Below, piece by piece: positions 51,901 to 64,000 of a stretch of 64,000 bases of DNA. The DNA lies in NCBI RefSeq assembly GCF_964194025.1, contig NC_134475.1, positions 43,276,001-43,340,000 on the forward strand, given 5' to 3'. This stretch comes from Convolutriloba macropyga. Lineage: Eukaryota. Numbering within the stretch: the first letter of the stretch is position 1; each line of letters starts with the position of its first letter. The position numbers and the translations under genes are program-made. The notes under the pieces are model-generated. The model saw only the letters and a program-made list of their open reading frames with translations. It did not search any database and was not told the origin of the DNA.

Positions 51901-54900
51901 GAAAATTTATGCGTTTTCTCTGGATTAATGATGGTCGCATTGATACATATGAGTACACCAGCCATATTTTTGGCGCTACGGACTCGCCTTGCATTGCATC
52001 AAATGCACTGAGAAAAACAGCTCGTGACAATTGTGAACAGTTTCCAGATGTCATTAAATAAATTGAACGGAACGTCTACATGGACGACCTCTATTATGCT
52101 ACTGACTCAATAGAAAAGGCACAAAGAATACTACGTGAAATGAGAGCAACCTTAACAAGAGGAGGTTTCAACCTCACCAAATGGAACTCTAACAGTTCTG
52201 AGTTTCTTGAAACTGTAGAGCCTGGCATAAGATTGGACCCATCAGAAATTCAGCCTCTAAATCAAAAAGTACCTGGATTATCATGGAACCCAATAGATGA
52301 TTGCTACATGATTGAAACTAAGCTCTTCCGAAATATCAAATTAAATGAGGACATAACTCAACGAAAGCTACAGAGATTTGTAGCGTCCCTATTTGATCCA
52401 CTTGGTTTTATTGCTCCTTTAACTATTCGACGGCGGAAAGTTTTACAGACTGCTTGGAATCAAGGACCGACATGGGATAAACCACTTCTTGTTCAAAATT
52501 TTCCAGATTTTTTCAGTCTAAGGGATGAAATCCCCAACTTCAAGGACCTACAAATCCCCAGAAAGTACTTCCTAGGCAAACCTATCCGGCCAGTTTAACT
52601 TCATACGTTTACTGATGCTTCCGAGTTTGCTCTGTCAGCCGTCTGTTATATCAGGGTTGAGTACTCCAATCAGTCAATTGCCGTTAGACTCGTTATAGGA
52701 AAAGCTCGTGTAGCCCCGCTGAAAAAGATGACTTTTCCAAATTTAGAATTGAAAGAGCAGCTGTGTACGGTGCTCAACTTGCACAATTTGTTAAGGAAAA
52801 ACAAGATATATATTTCACTGAAAGCATATTTTGGTCTGACAGCACAACTGTTTTCTAATGGTTTCGAACACCTGAAATGCGACACAGATTTTTCATTGCT
52901 AATCGCTTGGCCAAAATTTTGGATGTCTAATCTGCTTTTGATTGGAGGTACATTCCATCGGCAGCTAACCCAGCAGATGACGGAACTCGAGGTTATAGTG
53001 TTTACCAAATGACATCGGTATCTCGCTGGATTTCAGGACCGTCGTTTTTCAGTAACCATAGATCAGACTGCCCCAATCAAGAGATTCTGCAATCGCAGTA
53101 TGTGAAGATAGTATCTTTCCCTTCCTCAGTACCTGTAACAGAAACTGTTGTCGATTTGAAGAGATTCAGCAGGTGGAACAGACTAATACGGGTAATCGCT
53201 TTTTGTTTCTTCCTTGCCGATAAGTGCAAGAAGCGTGGTAAAGACATTCAGTTAGGTCACTACACTAAAGCGTATCTGCATATCATTCAGACAAACCAGA
53301 AACAAGATTTCAAGGCAGAATTCTTTGCTTTGAAGAAAGGTGATGATATACCCAGCTCTAGCAGACTAAAACTTCTATCCCCGTTCGTAGACAAAAACAA
53401 CCAACTTAGAGCAAGAGGCCGCTTGTCAAAACCAAGCCTTTTGATGACTTCTCGATACCCCTTGATACTCGACGGCAAAAACCTTGCCACCAGATTGTTG
53501 ATACAGCATACACATGAACTTAACTGTCACTGTGGTCCCGAACAAACAAGGAATATTCTAATGGAGTATTACTGGATACTTCGGTGTCGAGCGGTATTAA
53601 AACAAACCATTAGACACTGTCTTCCATGTCGCCGAATAATCCAAGACGTTAGCATTCCTAAAATTGCAGAATTGCCTCAGGAAAGGTAGCCTAAAGACAA
53701 TCAATTTGTCTTCGAAACAACTGGACTTGATTTTATTGGACCGCTTCCTGTTAAGAACAATGGCAAACTGTTTAGTCGTCACGTACTACTATTTACATGT
53801 TTAGTTGTCAGAGCAGTCCATCCCGAGGTTTCAAGTGACCTTAGCACCGACTCAACGATTAAGTGCATAAGACGATTTGTCTGCCGGAGAGGAAAACCCA
53901 ACAAATTCATTTCTCACTGCGGAAAATCATTTGTTGATTCGAACAACAGCCTCCAGTCCAGCATCGCCGATCTAAAAGCGTCAACATCTTTTGCGGCAAA
54001 ATTGCACCTTATGAAAGTCGAAATTGTATGGAAGTTTAACCCTCCAGCGGCCCGGCATTTCGGCGGATTTTGGGAGCCATTAGTGCACATTTTCAAACTG
54101 TCTCTTTATAAGGTCATCGGGTCACGAACGCTTACCGATGAAATATTATGAACAGTTACGTGTGAGATAGAAGCTAATATGAACTCTAGGCCCCTAACAA
54201 ACGTTCCAAGTGATTTAAATGATCCTTTACCTCTTAGGCTAAACCACTTTCTAGGTAGGTCTTCGGTCAATTTGCCTCGTGGCTTTTTTGTTGGAGACGA
54301 AAAGAACATTTCGAAAGCTTGGCGTACATCGCAACAAATAGCTGCCCACTTCTGGAATCGATTTCTGCGAGAGTACCTTCCAGGCCAACAAATTAGTTCC
54401 AAATGGAACAAAAGTTCAAAGAATCTGAAAGTGGACGACTTAGTATGGATCCTTGAGGACTTCACCCCCCGAGGCCTTTGGCCCGAGTAACGCAAGTTTT
54501 CCCCCGAGATGATGGGATCGTTCGATCAGTCAAACTGAAAACCCCCGAGCAGTGAGCGCATTAGGTCCGTCGTAAAGTTGAGCAAATTGTTTCCTGACTA
54601 AATTTCGAATCCATAGGTTCTACGATGAAAAATGCAGTTAACGGATTGTGGTTATTGGATCCCAAATTTAGCAATATATCGACACCAAAACTTATTATTC
54701 CTTTTGCACCATTTCAAATAATTTCATTGTGAAACCGTCAACATACGCTTTCATAAGTGCTACCTTGTTTTATTCCCCATTACTTTGGACTACATTCGCG
54801 ATTACCTTGCTTATATTAAAATTAACGCTTTCCAATTGCCAACGATTGTGTTTTATGGAAAATTTTTATCGATCACACTCATCTTAACCTTTTATTGATA

Positions 54901-55141
54901 TTAATTCTTAGAGGTTCGTCTCAAACCCCCTGGCTCTCATTTGACAATTTTGGTTATTTCGTTTGGTAATTCTGTTATTAATGTAGGTGACTCGTTTTTA
55001 CGAACCACCCGATTAGATTTGTACCCTTGTATTTCCATTACCCTTATTTGGAAGTTATTTCATTATTAAGCTGGATGGATGATTCAACACTTAATCCAAC
55101 AGTATTATTCATTTTTGCAATCCTGCAAATGGGGCCGGCGA

Positions 55142-55247
55142 TGTCAAGGACAAGTTGACTGTTGATCGATTTCGAGGAAAAAGCCGGCAAAACATAAACA
55201 CAATTATTTTCAAAACCTGACGGAAGTAGTCGACTTCTCAAAACCTT
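55142..55247 (+). repeat. 3' LTR (106 bp)
   Basis: Direct repeat of 47940-48045, preceded by G-rich ggggccggcga (PPT-like). Confidence 0.85.
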
Positions 55248-57684
55248 TTATAGCAACAAAACAAGCGAAACAAAACGAATCAAATTTAATTTTACTTTAA
55301 TAGTACACAATCAAAATTGTCCTAAGCACATTCCCCATCCCAACATAATTCATTATCAAAGGTATTCTGGAAAAGTTTATCTATACGCAAAACTAGTGCA
55401 TGGGACCACACTGTGATAAACAAGAACATTTGAACTATTCGCTGAGGCGAGATTACTGTCAAGAAATAGATAGGAAAAACTGACGACAGCGATATAAGAA
55501 ATGGAGGTCAAGAACGAGTCGCGTACTATCAAAATGGGGATCTTTTCTGCTTGTGCACAAGATATGCGGAACGGATATAAAGGCATAAATCGGCAGAGCA
55601 CGCGCGGAAAGAATAAAGACCTTAAATCTGCTTTGACTGCACTTTTTGGAAAACCATATCAAAGAAGGATGAAGACCGAAACTCAAATAGCTACACGTTA
55701 AACAAAACACTCCAAAACATGTTTCCTCACTCTAAGCTTTAAAACATATCAGTCCCCATCCCATGACTATTCATCGCGATTAAAATTGAAATAAAGAAAT
55801 GCATTAGTAGAAGACTCCAAAACAAATATGATCAATCATTTCATTTAACTATTTATTTGAAGCTAAAAAACCACGGAAAAACGATGACCGAAAAATTCAA
55901 AATCTAGAAACAATTTAAAAAACATAGATACGACGTGACTCAAGAACAAGCTTTTCTCAAGAAATTGCGACAATATCTACTTTTAGTTATAACAAATCAT
56001 TACATTCGACAATTTTTTGAAATTAAAAACGATACAAACGGAAAAAAGGATTATAAAATGATTTAAAATAGTACAAGTTAAAATTCAGTTACTTGAGGAA
56101 AAAATGGTCTACAAAAGCAACCATCGGACAGAAATAACGGTTTAGGAAGAAGTTAGGAATTCAATTGAAACGCAGTATAAGACATATCTGAGTGGGGTAG
56201 CATACACGTTTCATACAATCTCATCGATAGAAGTTTTCACTTGAGCAAATTCATTTTTGGATGTATTAACACCAACTGTGAATTAATTTACGCCGACAGT
56301 CAGAGCAGAAATAGTTTTTAAAAATCGGTTGGTAATATTACTATGGAAATGAAGGCAATATTTCAGTGGAAAAAACAAAGCTACGTCATGCAGGTTATAG
56401 ACCAAATATTATCTAAAGGTGTTCAACTTAATATGAAATGGTTTCAAAAATATGTCAGTCATTTGAAACAACTATAACCACCAAGATTAACTCTTCGTCT
56501 CGTAAAACATCAATCAATACCAAAAGTTTGAAAATTATATTTGATTTTACAACAAAAGAGGCATTTCCTCTGCCAAAAACATGCCTGGCGACAATCGTTA
56601 AACACTGTACACGCAGAACGTATTTTCATGATTTGTGAGGATCGATGAGGAGCTAGAAGAGCTGTTCTATTTTTAAAGTCCCGAACAAAAACGAATGTGT
56701 CAGAGACCGGAAAAAACACCCAACACTGGTCAACCGACTGAAAACTGATTAAAACATCGCGAAGAGGATTGGTAATTTGCTTTAGTGATTAGGGTGACCA
56801 CTTAATAAAACTACAATATAAACCGACAAAGGTGGGACGACACGCCGGCCGAAAAACAAATCTAAATGAAAAGCGCAAAAATCGCCGGGAAAAAATTTGC
56901 ATAAACAAAACATTTATAATAATTGCTTCAAATTTCCATCAGGAGCAATTAAACAAGTCTTTCCATCTTTTTATACATAACAACACTAGTAACAGATTTG
57001 GCAACTTTTTGTGGCCTTGATGTTTGACCGTTGATAGCGTATCTGAATGATCGGATAAAAGTCAGCGTCGAATTCAAAAGCAACATTTTTATCCAGATAA
57101 AATTCAAAGCTAAGCGGCAACTTGTCTCCAAAGAACGAAAGCTCATAAGGCTGCAGCTTAAATTGAAATTAAAATTATATGAAAATGAATACGCCACAAA
57201 ATATTTAGTGCACAATTTTTACTGCAAGGGAAACAACAATGAAGCAATGCATTTGTTCAATTTTAAATTTTTTGAACATTTTAATTTACATCTTTAGTGG
57301 AGTTGGAGGGGGGTTATACTCTAAGAACCACCCTTCACACCATGCATTTGTCTCCTCAGTTTTGGTGAACCGCATACCTGGAGAATAGTTAGTGCAAGTA
57401 TCAAACCCATCTGTCCGGTCAGACGAAAAAAAAACACGATCAAACGAAAAGTCAGTAGTACAAGCAAATACAGCAGTAGCAATATAATTGCTTCAAATTT
57501 TGTTTTAGAGCAAATAAAAACAGAATTGTAGCCTGCAGCACATTGTTAAACAGAATTATCTGCAGACAAACGAAAATAAAAATTACCCAACACTAGAGTA
57601 GATTATTACTTCAGATCTCAGCGTTGATAAAGAGTGTCCTATTCTACAGTTCCATTCGTCAAAAAACATTTTAAGTATGACATG

Positions 57685-58046
57685 TAACTTTACCAGCTAA
57701 ATTTACACAGATAAAACTTAACGAGTAACAAATCATCTTCGTTAAAGCTCGTGAAAATTTCAAGATTGATCTGCTTTTTCATGATAAAAGCTATTTCGAT
57801 ATCAACCCTGCTTTAAATTAGCAAATAAACGTCAAAAAATCAAAAATACAAAAACTTCTAATAATCATAACTTTACCAGCTAAATTTACACAGATAAAAC
57901 TTAACGAGTAACAAATCATCTTCGTTAAAGCTCGTGAAAATTTCAAGATTGATCTGCTTTATCATGATAAAAGCTATTTCGATATCAACCCTGCTTTAAA
58001 TTAGCAAATAAACGTCAAAAAATCAAAAATACCAGAACTTCTAACA
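57685..58046. repeat. Tandem duplication, 183-bp period
   Basis: taactttaccagctaaatttacacag at 57685 and 57868. Confidence 0.92.
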
Positions 58047-58249
58047 ATCTAACATTTTTAAAGATGTTTTCGAAAAAGTTTGCGTTCAATATTAACAATT
58101 TCTTTGTTCATTTTACGATGCTAGGTTGAAAAATCTTTAGTTAAAATATAACGCCGAAAGAATGGTTTGAAAATGCGAGGAGCGTGAATAATCTTCATTG
58201 TCACAATCCGAAGCCTTTTAAACGGAAAGTTTCCTGGGGACATGGAAAT

Positions 58250-61200
58250 CTTGTTAAAAAAAGTTTTGATCAAACACTGTCCTTGCTTTTATTTCTTTAA
58301 TAGATGCTACAATGATATAAGTGAATGACATCAACAAATATTGTTATAATATTGAATAAGGGGACCCTCCTTAGGTGTAAACAGCCTTCACTTGACGACC
58401 CAAGTGAAAAACCTTCAGAATCTTGACTGTTAGGTTAATTAGAAAACTGTTTCAAAAACAACGTTACTGAATTGGTATTGTTTAACTAAATTTCAAATTT
58501 GCTTTGGGACTACTTGCACTTTGCGTCCACTATTCGGGCTCATGTCTATTAGGTTTATGCCTACAAGGTAGTTTAATAGTTTTGACCCACGGTACCGTAC
58601 TGAGTGTCTTACTTTTGTAGATTTTACATGAGGTGCCTCAAACACGCCCAAGCTCACGCTTCTTGTACTCACAGACTGCGTATATTTTGGGTACCTCAGG
58701 ATATCTATTAAGTGAAAAGGTCATAAAAGAAATAACTTTCAGGTCTCAAGATTTATCAGAAAAAAAAAACAAAATTCGCGAAGGTTTTTCATCAAGGATA
58801 GATTCAGAACCTTTTTTCATCAAGGTTACGTTTTATTTGGAATAACGCGCCGATTGCATTAGTGGCTCTAAAATGACAGTTTTCAATCTAGGTTAGGTTG
58901 TCTTGAACTATGATGTCTAGGTCCTTCTGCGAGCTGGTAGGAGTCAGGGGGTATCATGAATGGCTGCAAGAATAATTCCTTAGATGTTCAGTACATGTGA
59001 CTTTTTTAGGTTTGGGAGCACTTTATTTTCAGAGAGCCAGGATTCCATTCCTTTGGTTGAAGAGTTTACGTCGCACTGGTTTTGTGTAAAAACTTTAAGA
59101 GTCATCGGCGTAGCCACAACTATATTGTTTTTGGTAGCTTGTCCGGTAGATCATTGATGAAGATCAGAAATAGCAAGGTAGTGAACCTTGAGGCACACCA
59201 CTTGTGACTCTTCTGGGGCTCGACGGTTCTTTATTAATTTTCACCATTTGCTTTTGTTCGCTTAAGTATGAGCAGATCAGACTAAACAATTTTCCGCCTA
59301 AACGAACGTTTTGTAGCTTTCCGATCAGTTTACTATGTGGGACTTTATCAAAGGCTTTTGAGAAATCAATGTACAGAACCGCTAATTGTTTGATTGTGTT
59401 GTCGTTATAGTAGTATACTTTATCAAGGAACATTAAAAGTTGTAGAGTCGCGGATCTCGCCGAACTGATTATGGCTAAATTCGTAGATCTCGTCAAATAG
59501 TATCTTTTCAAAAACTTTTGAGCAACAGCAGTGTAGGCTGATCGGCCGGTAGGCAGATACGTCTGCTTTATTTCCCTCTTGATAAAAGTTTGAAATATTA
59601 AGGCTAGGGATTTTCCGATTGTTGGCTGACATTTTTGCAGAACAAGGTTTCCGATTCTGTCTGGCCCAATTGATTTGCCATGTTTTAGATTTTTCAGAGC
59701 AAGGCATCTTTTTCTTTCTGTACAATTCACTGTGTTCAGCGAGACAATTTTGCTTGTAATCCGAATTTTGTCTTGATCGTTAAAGACACTGACAAAGTAG
59801 TTGTTGAAAAGTTCCGCTTTATCTTTGTCGCAAGTCGCTGCGCTAGATTCGAGTTTTACAAGTTCAGGAATGTTTGCGGATTTTTGATCGACATAAGGTA
59901 TTTTTGGAATTTTCTGAATGTGCGCCCTTCAAAAATTGTTGTCTCATAGTCCTTAAGGTAATCCTTTGCGCTAGATTTTATCAGTTTCTCCAGCTTTTGA
60001 GTTTTATTGTATTTTCCAACGACTTAGGTTTCTTTGCTCGCTTCATCGTGTTAAGACGTTTGACAAGGTTTGAAGTGTAGCTAGAGTACCATGGCGGCAA
60101 TGCAGCGCGTTGCTGAGCAACTCTCGGAATGAATCGTTCAATAAGTTTCCACAACCAATTCTACCATTGATTTACAAGTTGATCTACATTGCTATAGCAA
60201 TAGGGATTGAAAGGCTCATCTGCGATTGCTTTGTTAAGTCCATCCCAGTCAGCTCGTTTGTAGGCGAGTTTATAGCTGGGTGTTTCAACTTCAGTCGTAG
60301 GAAGAGATTGTAGTATTTCAAATTCATTTTTGGTTTGAGTGGTAGATCAGAGCAAATTTTTACTGCGATATTGTATTCTCGAGATACTTGGTGTTGATAA
60401 GTGCATTGATTGATGCTTTCCGTTTCCTTAACTAGTACTACATCCAACTTATCACAGCTGCAGTTACACTGATGTTACGTTTTATTTGGAATAACGCGCC
60501 GATTGCATTAGTGGCTCTAAAATGACAGTTTTCAATCTAGGTTAGGTTGTCTTGAACTATGATGTCTAGGTCCTTCTGCGAGCTGGAAGGAGTCAGGGGG
60601 TATCATGAATGGCTGCAAGAATAATTCCTTAGATGTTCAGTACATGTGACTTTTTTAGGTTTGGGAGCACTTTATTTTCAGAGAGCCAGGATTCCATTCC
60701 TTTGGTTGAAGAGTTTACGTCGCACTGGTTTTGTGTAAAAACTTTAAGAGTCATCGGCGTAGCCACAACTATATTGTTTTTGGTAGCTTGTCCGGTAGAT
60801 CATTGATGAAGATCAGAAATAGCAAGGTAGTGAACCTTGAGGCACACCACTTGTGACTCTTCTGGGGCTCGACGGTTCTTTATTAATTTTCACCATTAGC
60901 TTTTGTTCGCTTAAGTATGAGCAGATCAGACTAAACAATTTTCCGCCTAAACCAACGTTTTGTAGCTTTCCGATCAGTTTACTATGTGGGACTTTATCAA
61001 AGGCTTTTGAGAAATCAATGTACAGAACCGCTAATTGTTTGATTGTGTTGTCGTCGTTATAGTAGTATACTTTATCAAGGAACATTAAAAGTTGTAGAGT
61101 CGCGGATCTCGCCGAACTGATTATGGCTAAATTCGTAGATCTCGTCAAATAGTATCTTTTCAAAAACTTTTGAGCAACAGCAGTGTAGGCTGATCGGCCG

Positions 61201-63720
61201 GTAGGCAGATACGTCTGCTTTATTTCCCTCTTGATAAAAGTTTGAAATATTAAGGCTAGGGATTTTCCGATTGTTGGCTGACATTTTTGCAGAACAAGGT
61301 TTCCGATTCTGTCTGGCCCAATTGATTTGCCATGTTTTAGATTTTTCAGAGCAAGGCATCTTTTTCTTTCTGTACAATTCACTGTGTTCAGCGAGACAAT
61401 TTTGCTTGTAATCCGAATTTTGTCTTGATCGTTAAAGACACTGACAAAGTAGTTGTTGAAAAGTTCCGCTTTATCTTTGTCGCAAGTCGCTGCGCTAGAT
61501 TCGAGTTTTACAAGTTCAGGAATGTTTGCGGATTTTTGATCGACATAAGGTATTTTTGGAATTTTCTGAATGTGCGCCCTTCAAAAATTGTTGTTTCATA
61601 GTCCTTAAGGTAATCCTTTGCGCTAGATTTTATCAGTTTCTCCAGCTTTTGAGTTTTATTGTATTTTCCAACGACTTAGGTTTCTTTGCTCGCTTCATCG
61701 TGTTAAGACGTTTGACAAGGTTTGAAGTGTAGCTAGAGTACCATGGCGGCAATGCAGCGCGTTGCTGAGCAACTCTCGGAATGAATCGTTCAATAAGTTT
61801 CCACAACCAATTCTACCATTGATTTACAAGTTGATCTACATTGCTATAGCAATAGGGATTGAAAGGCTCATCTGCGATTGCTTTGTTAAGTCCATCCCAG
61901 TCAGCTCGTTTGTAGGCGAGTTTATAGCTGGGTGTTTCAACTTCAGTCGTAGGAAGAGATTGTAGTATTTCAAATTCATTTTTGTTTTGAGTGGTAGATC
62001 AGAGCAAATTTTTACTGCGATATTGTATTCTCGAGATACTTGGTGTTGATAAGTGCATTGATTGATGCTTTCCGTTTCCTTAACTAGTACTACATCCAAC
62101 TTATCACAGCTGCAGTTGGTCATGTTATAGCTAATTAGACGTTCAATCACTTCTGTTTCGTAGTCGTTGGTTGAGCACATTTGACTCCAGTTTGTGTGGG
62201 AGAAATTTATATCTCCGATGATGATCAACTGGCAGGGAGCATGGTTACGACACTTTTCATGGAGTTTATCGATTAGGTTAAGAAAAACATTGAGATCCCA
62301 TCGATAGCCGGTGGGGAAAGGTGCATTGTAGACACAGCAGAGTACTAGGTTTTGAAACCCTTGTGTTATTTTGAGCGCAGTGTAGTCAGAGTGTCCTATG
62401 TCTAGCAGTATCCGTTCGTGGTTTTTATTGTTTCTGATAGCTATGAGAGTCCCCCCGTCTGGTGGAGTGATCCTCAAGTGTCGGTCTATCATTCCTATAG
62501 ATTTGGTAGTCTGGTAAGAAAAACTCCGAGTTCGGTATGTCGGTGGTCAACCAGGTTTCAGCTAGTTTTCAAAGTTTTCTAGTTGTAAGCAGTTGTCTAG
62601 TGTTGTTCGACGTTCGAGTTTAAGTATACTTCTTACATTAAAAGTGAGCGCTGATAATGGGCGTAGTCAATTCGCTGTGTTCTCAGCTTGTTCGGAGGGG
62701 AGCACAGTCCATTCCATGTTTCCATGTTCATTATTTCAACTTTGAGATTTCGTATACGGATTTTTCTTGACGTTTATTGGTGAGTGTAATCATTGAGAAG
62801 TTCCCTCCTCATTTTCAGGCACTCGTCGTGCTTCTTAGCGTCCTCCTTAGAGAGTTCATGGCTTATGTAGATCGGGTCAGGGAAGAGGTCGAAGGTTTTC
62901 AGTTTGTGTGCTGACTTTAGTATCAGGTCACGGCTGATCTGACTCTCAGTGTGGATGAGCAGTCCACGGGTTTCCTTTCTGGAATACTCAGGAACTTTAA
63001 GGGATTGTCAACGTTTTCTAAGTCCCTATGCATGTGATCGCCTGGTGACGAACCCACTTCGGGTAAGCCTCGGATTATTACACCCAGGTTTTCGTTAACA
63101 GTTGCGTTGACTACTCTGCCAGGTTTGACATTTCCCAGTGCCTTTTTGTAGTGATCGACATTTGCTGTTCTCATTTATTTAATCTCAGATTGGACGTTGC
63201 TAAGGATTTCGTTTGATTGCTCCATTATTGATGTAAGTGCGAGCATTTGTTCTTCCAGTTTTTGCATTTGATCATCAATTTTGCTATTTTCTTTCTCAGT
63301 TGTTGGGCTTTCATCAAAATCCTTTTTCTTGGGTTTGCATTCGTTGCAGATCAGTAGTACGTTTTCGTGTAATTTTGCGATGACTTCAATGATGGTCTTG
63401 TCTAGCTCAGTGCATTCCGTTGAAAGGTGCATTATCTTATCGCAGAAGCAGCAAGAAAACATGTTAATTTTTACTTTTTTGCCACACGTGTGAAAGCTGA
63501 TTCTTGTCATTTGTATGAGCTTTGATTGAGCTACACTTTGCTGTTGTAGGTTTGCGGAGAGATTGTTGTGATAGACCTGTTTGGTGACAAGGGACACTGC
63601 CACTGACAGCGAGGAACCTCAAGGTAGCCTTTTGCGATCAACACAGTGACGGGGGAATGTAAGAGACCTCAGTCTTAACGTCTTCCAGCGGAACCTCAAG
63701 GTAGCCTAATCTGGAAGAAC
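58250..63720 (-). mobile_element. Near full-length decayed CR1/L2-type LINE (PHD-finger ORF1, APE-RT ORF2); boundaries approximate
   Basis: ORF1 CCFCDKIMHLSTEC...LLICNECK; endonuclease FNVRS, GGTLIAI, IIGDINFS; RT YRPISL, YIDFSKAFDKVPH, SGVPQGS, YADD; frameshifted. Confidence 0.9.
58825..62117. repeat. Near-identical tandem duplication of about 1.65 kb inside the LINE
   Basis: 58825-60465 repeated at 60474-62117, with duplicated ORFs in the track. Confidence 0.95.
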
Positions 63721-64000
63721 AAAAAGACTCACAGTAACTTACTTTACCAGGTACTGCAGATACACCGACAGTCGTTCGTGAGACACTCGTATTTCTTCAA
63801 GTTTCCACGGGAGTTGAACTCCTTGCTGTACTTCTTGCATAACACCGTCTCCTTGATGAGATTAAGAGGTCATTGACGCCTTTCGATCTTGTTTTGTTTG
63901 CAAAGGAAGTTTGCGAGCTCAACAATATCGTCTGCTACTTTTCTGGCAGGAGTAAGGGAGGGTTCAGTGAAATTGTAAAGATCGTTACCTTCAATTAAGA

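Larger units (their letters stand above)
47940..55247 (+). mobile_element. Decayed BEL/Pao LTR retrotransposon
   Basis: Gag from ATG 49023 with C..CGEKHHTLLH knuckle (about 50630-50724), protease AYLDNDS (about 50850), RT YMDD (52077), RNase H LHTFTDAS (about 52600), integrase HHCC and GLDFIGP; many stops and frameshifts; paired LTRs. Confidence 0.93.

Overview
AT-rich eukaryotic (invertebrate animal-type) genomic DNA with spliced genes, not a prokaryotic window. Three host genes can be built by hand with GT-AG introns in consistent phase: a Six4/5-class homeobox gene (+, 4 exons, 1904-4588, 398 aa), ALKBH8 (-, 8 exons, 41937-12203, 665 aa) and SNF8/Vps22 with an intronless CDS (-, 42981-42250), ending only 312 bp upstream of ALKBH8. 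The rest is largely mobile DNA: a decayed BEL/Pao LTR retrotransposon with 106-bp LTRs, several CR1/L2-type LINE relics (some tandemly amplified), and two families of non-autonomous Helentron/HINE(DINE-1)-like elements, one copy carrying a tRNA-Asn-like sequence. The standout is a 15.4-kb fold-back element filling ALKBH8 intron 6 (19448-34860). It has Polinton/Maverick-type AGTAGT...ACTACT termini and a 6-bp target duplication, but near-identical inverted arms of 6.6 and 6.9 kb around a 1.9-kb spacer, no recognisable Polinton genes, and one decayed zinc-finger-like ORF. All calls are by eye; identities are estimates and no database search was run.
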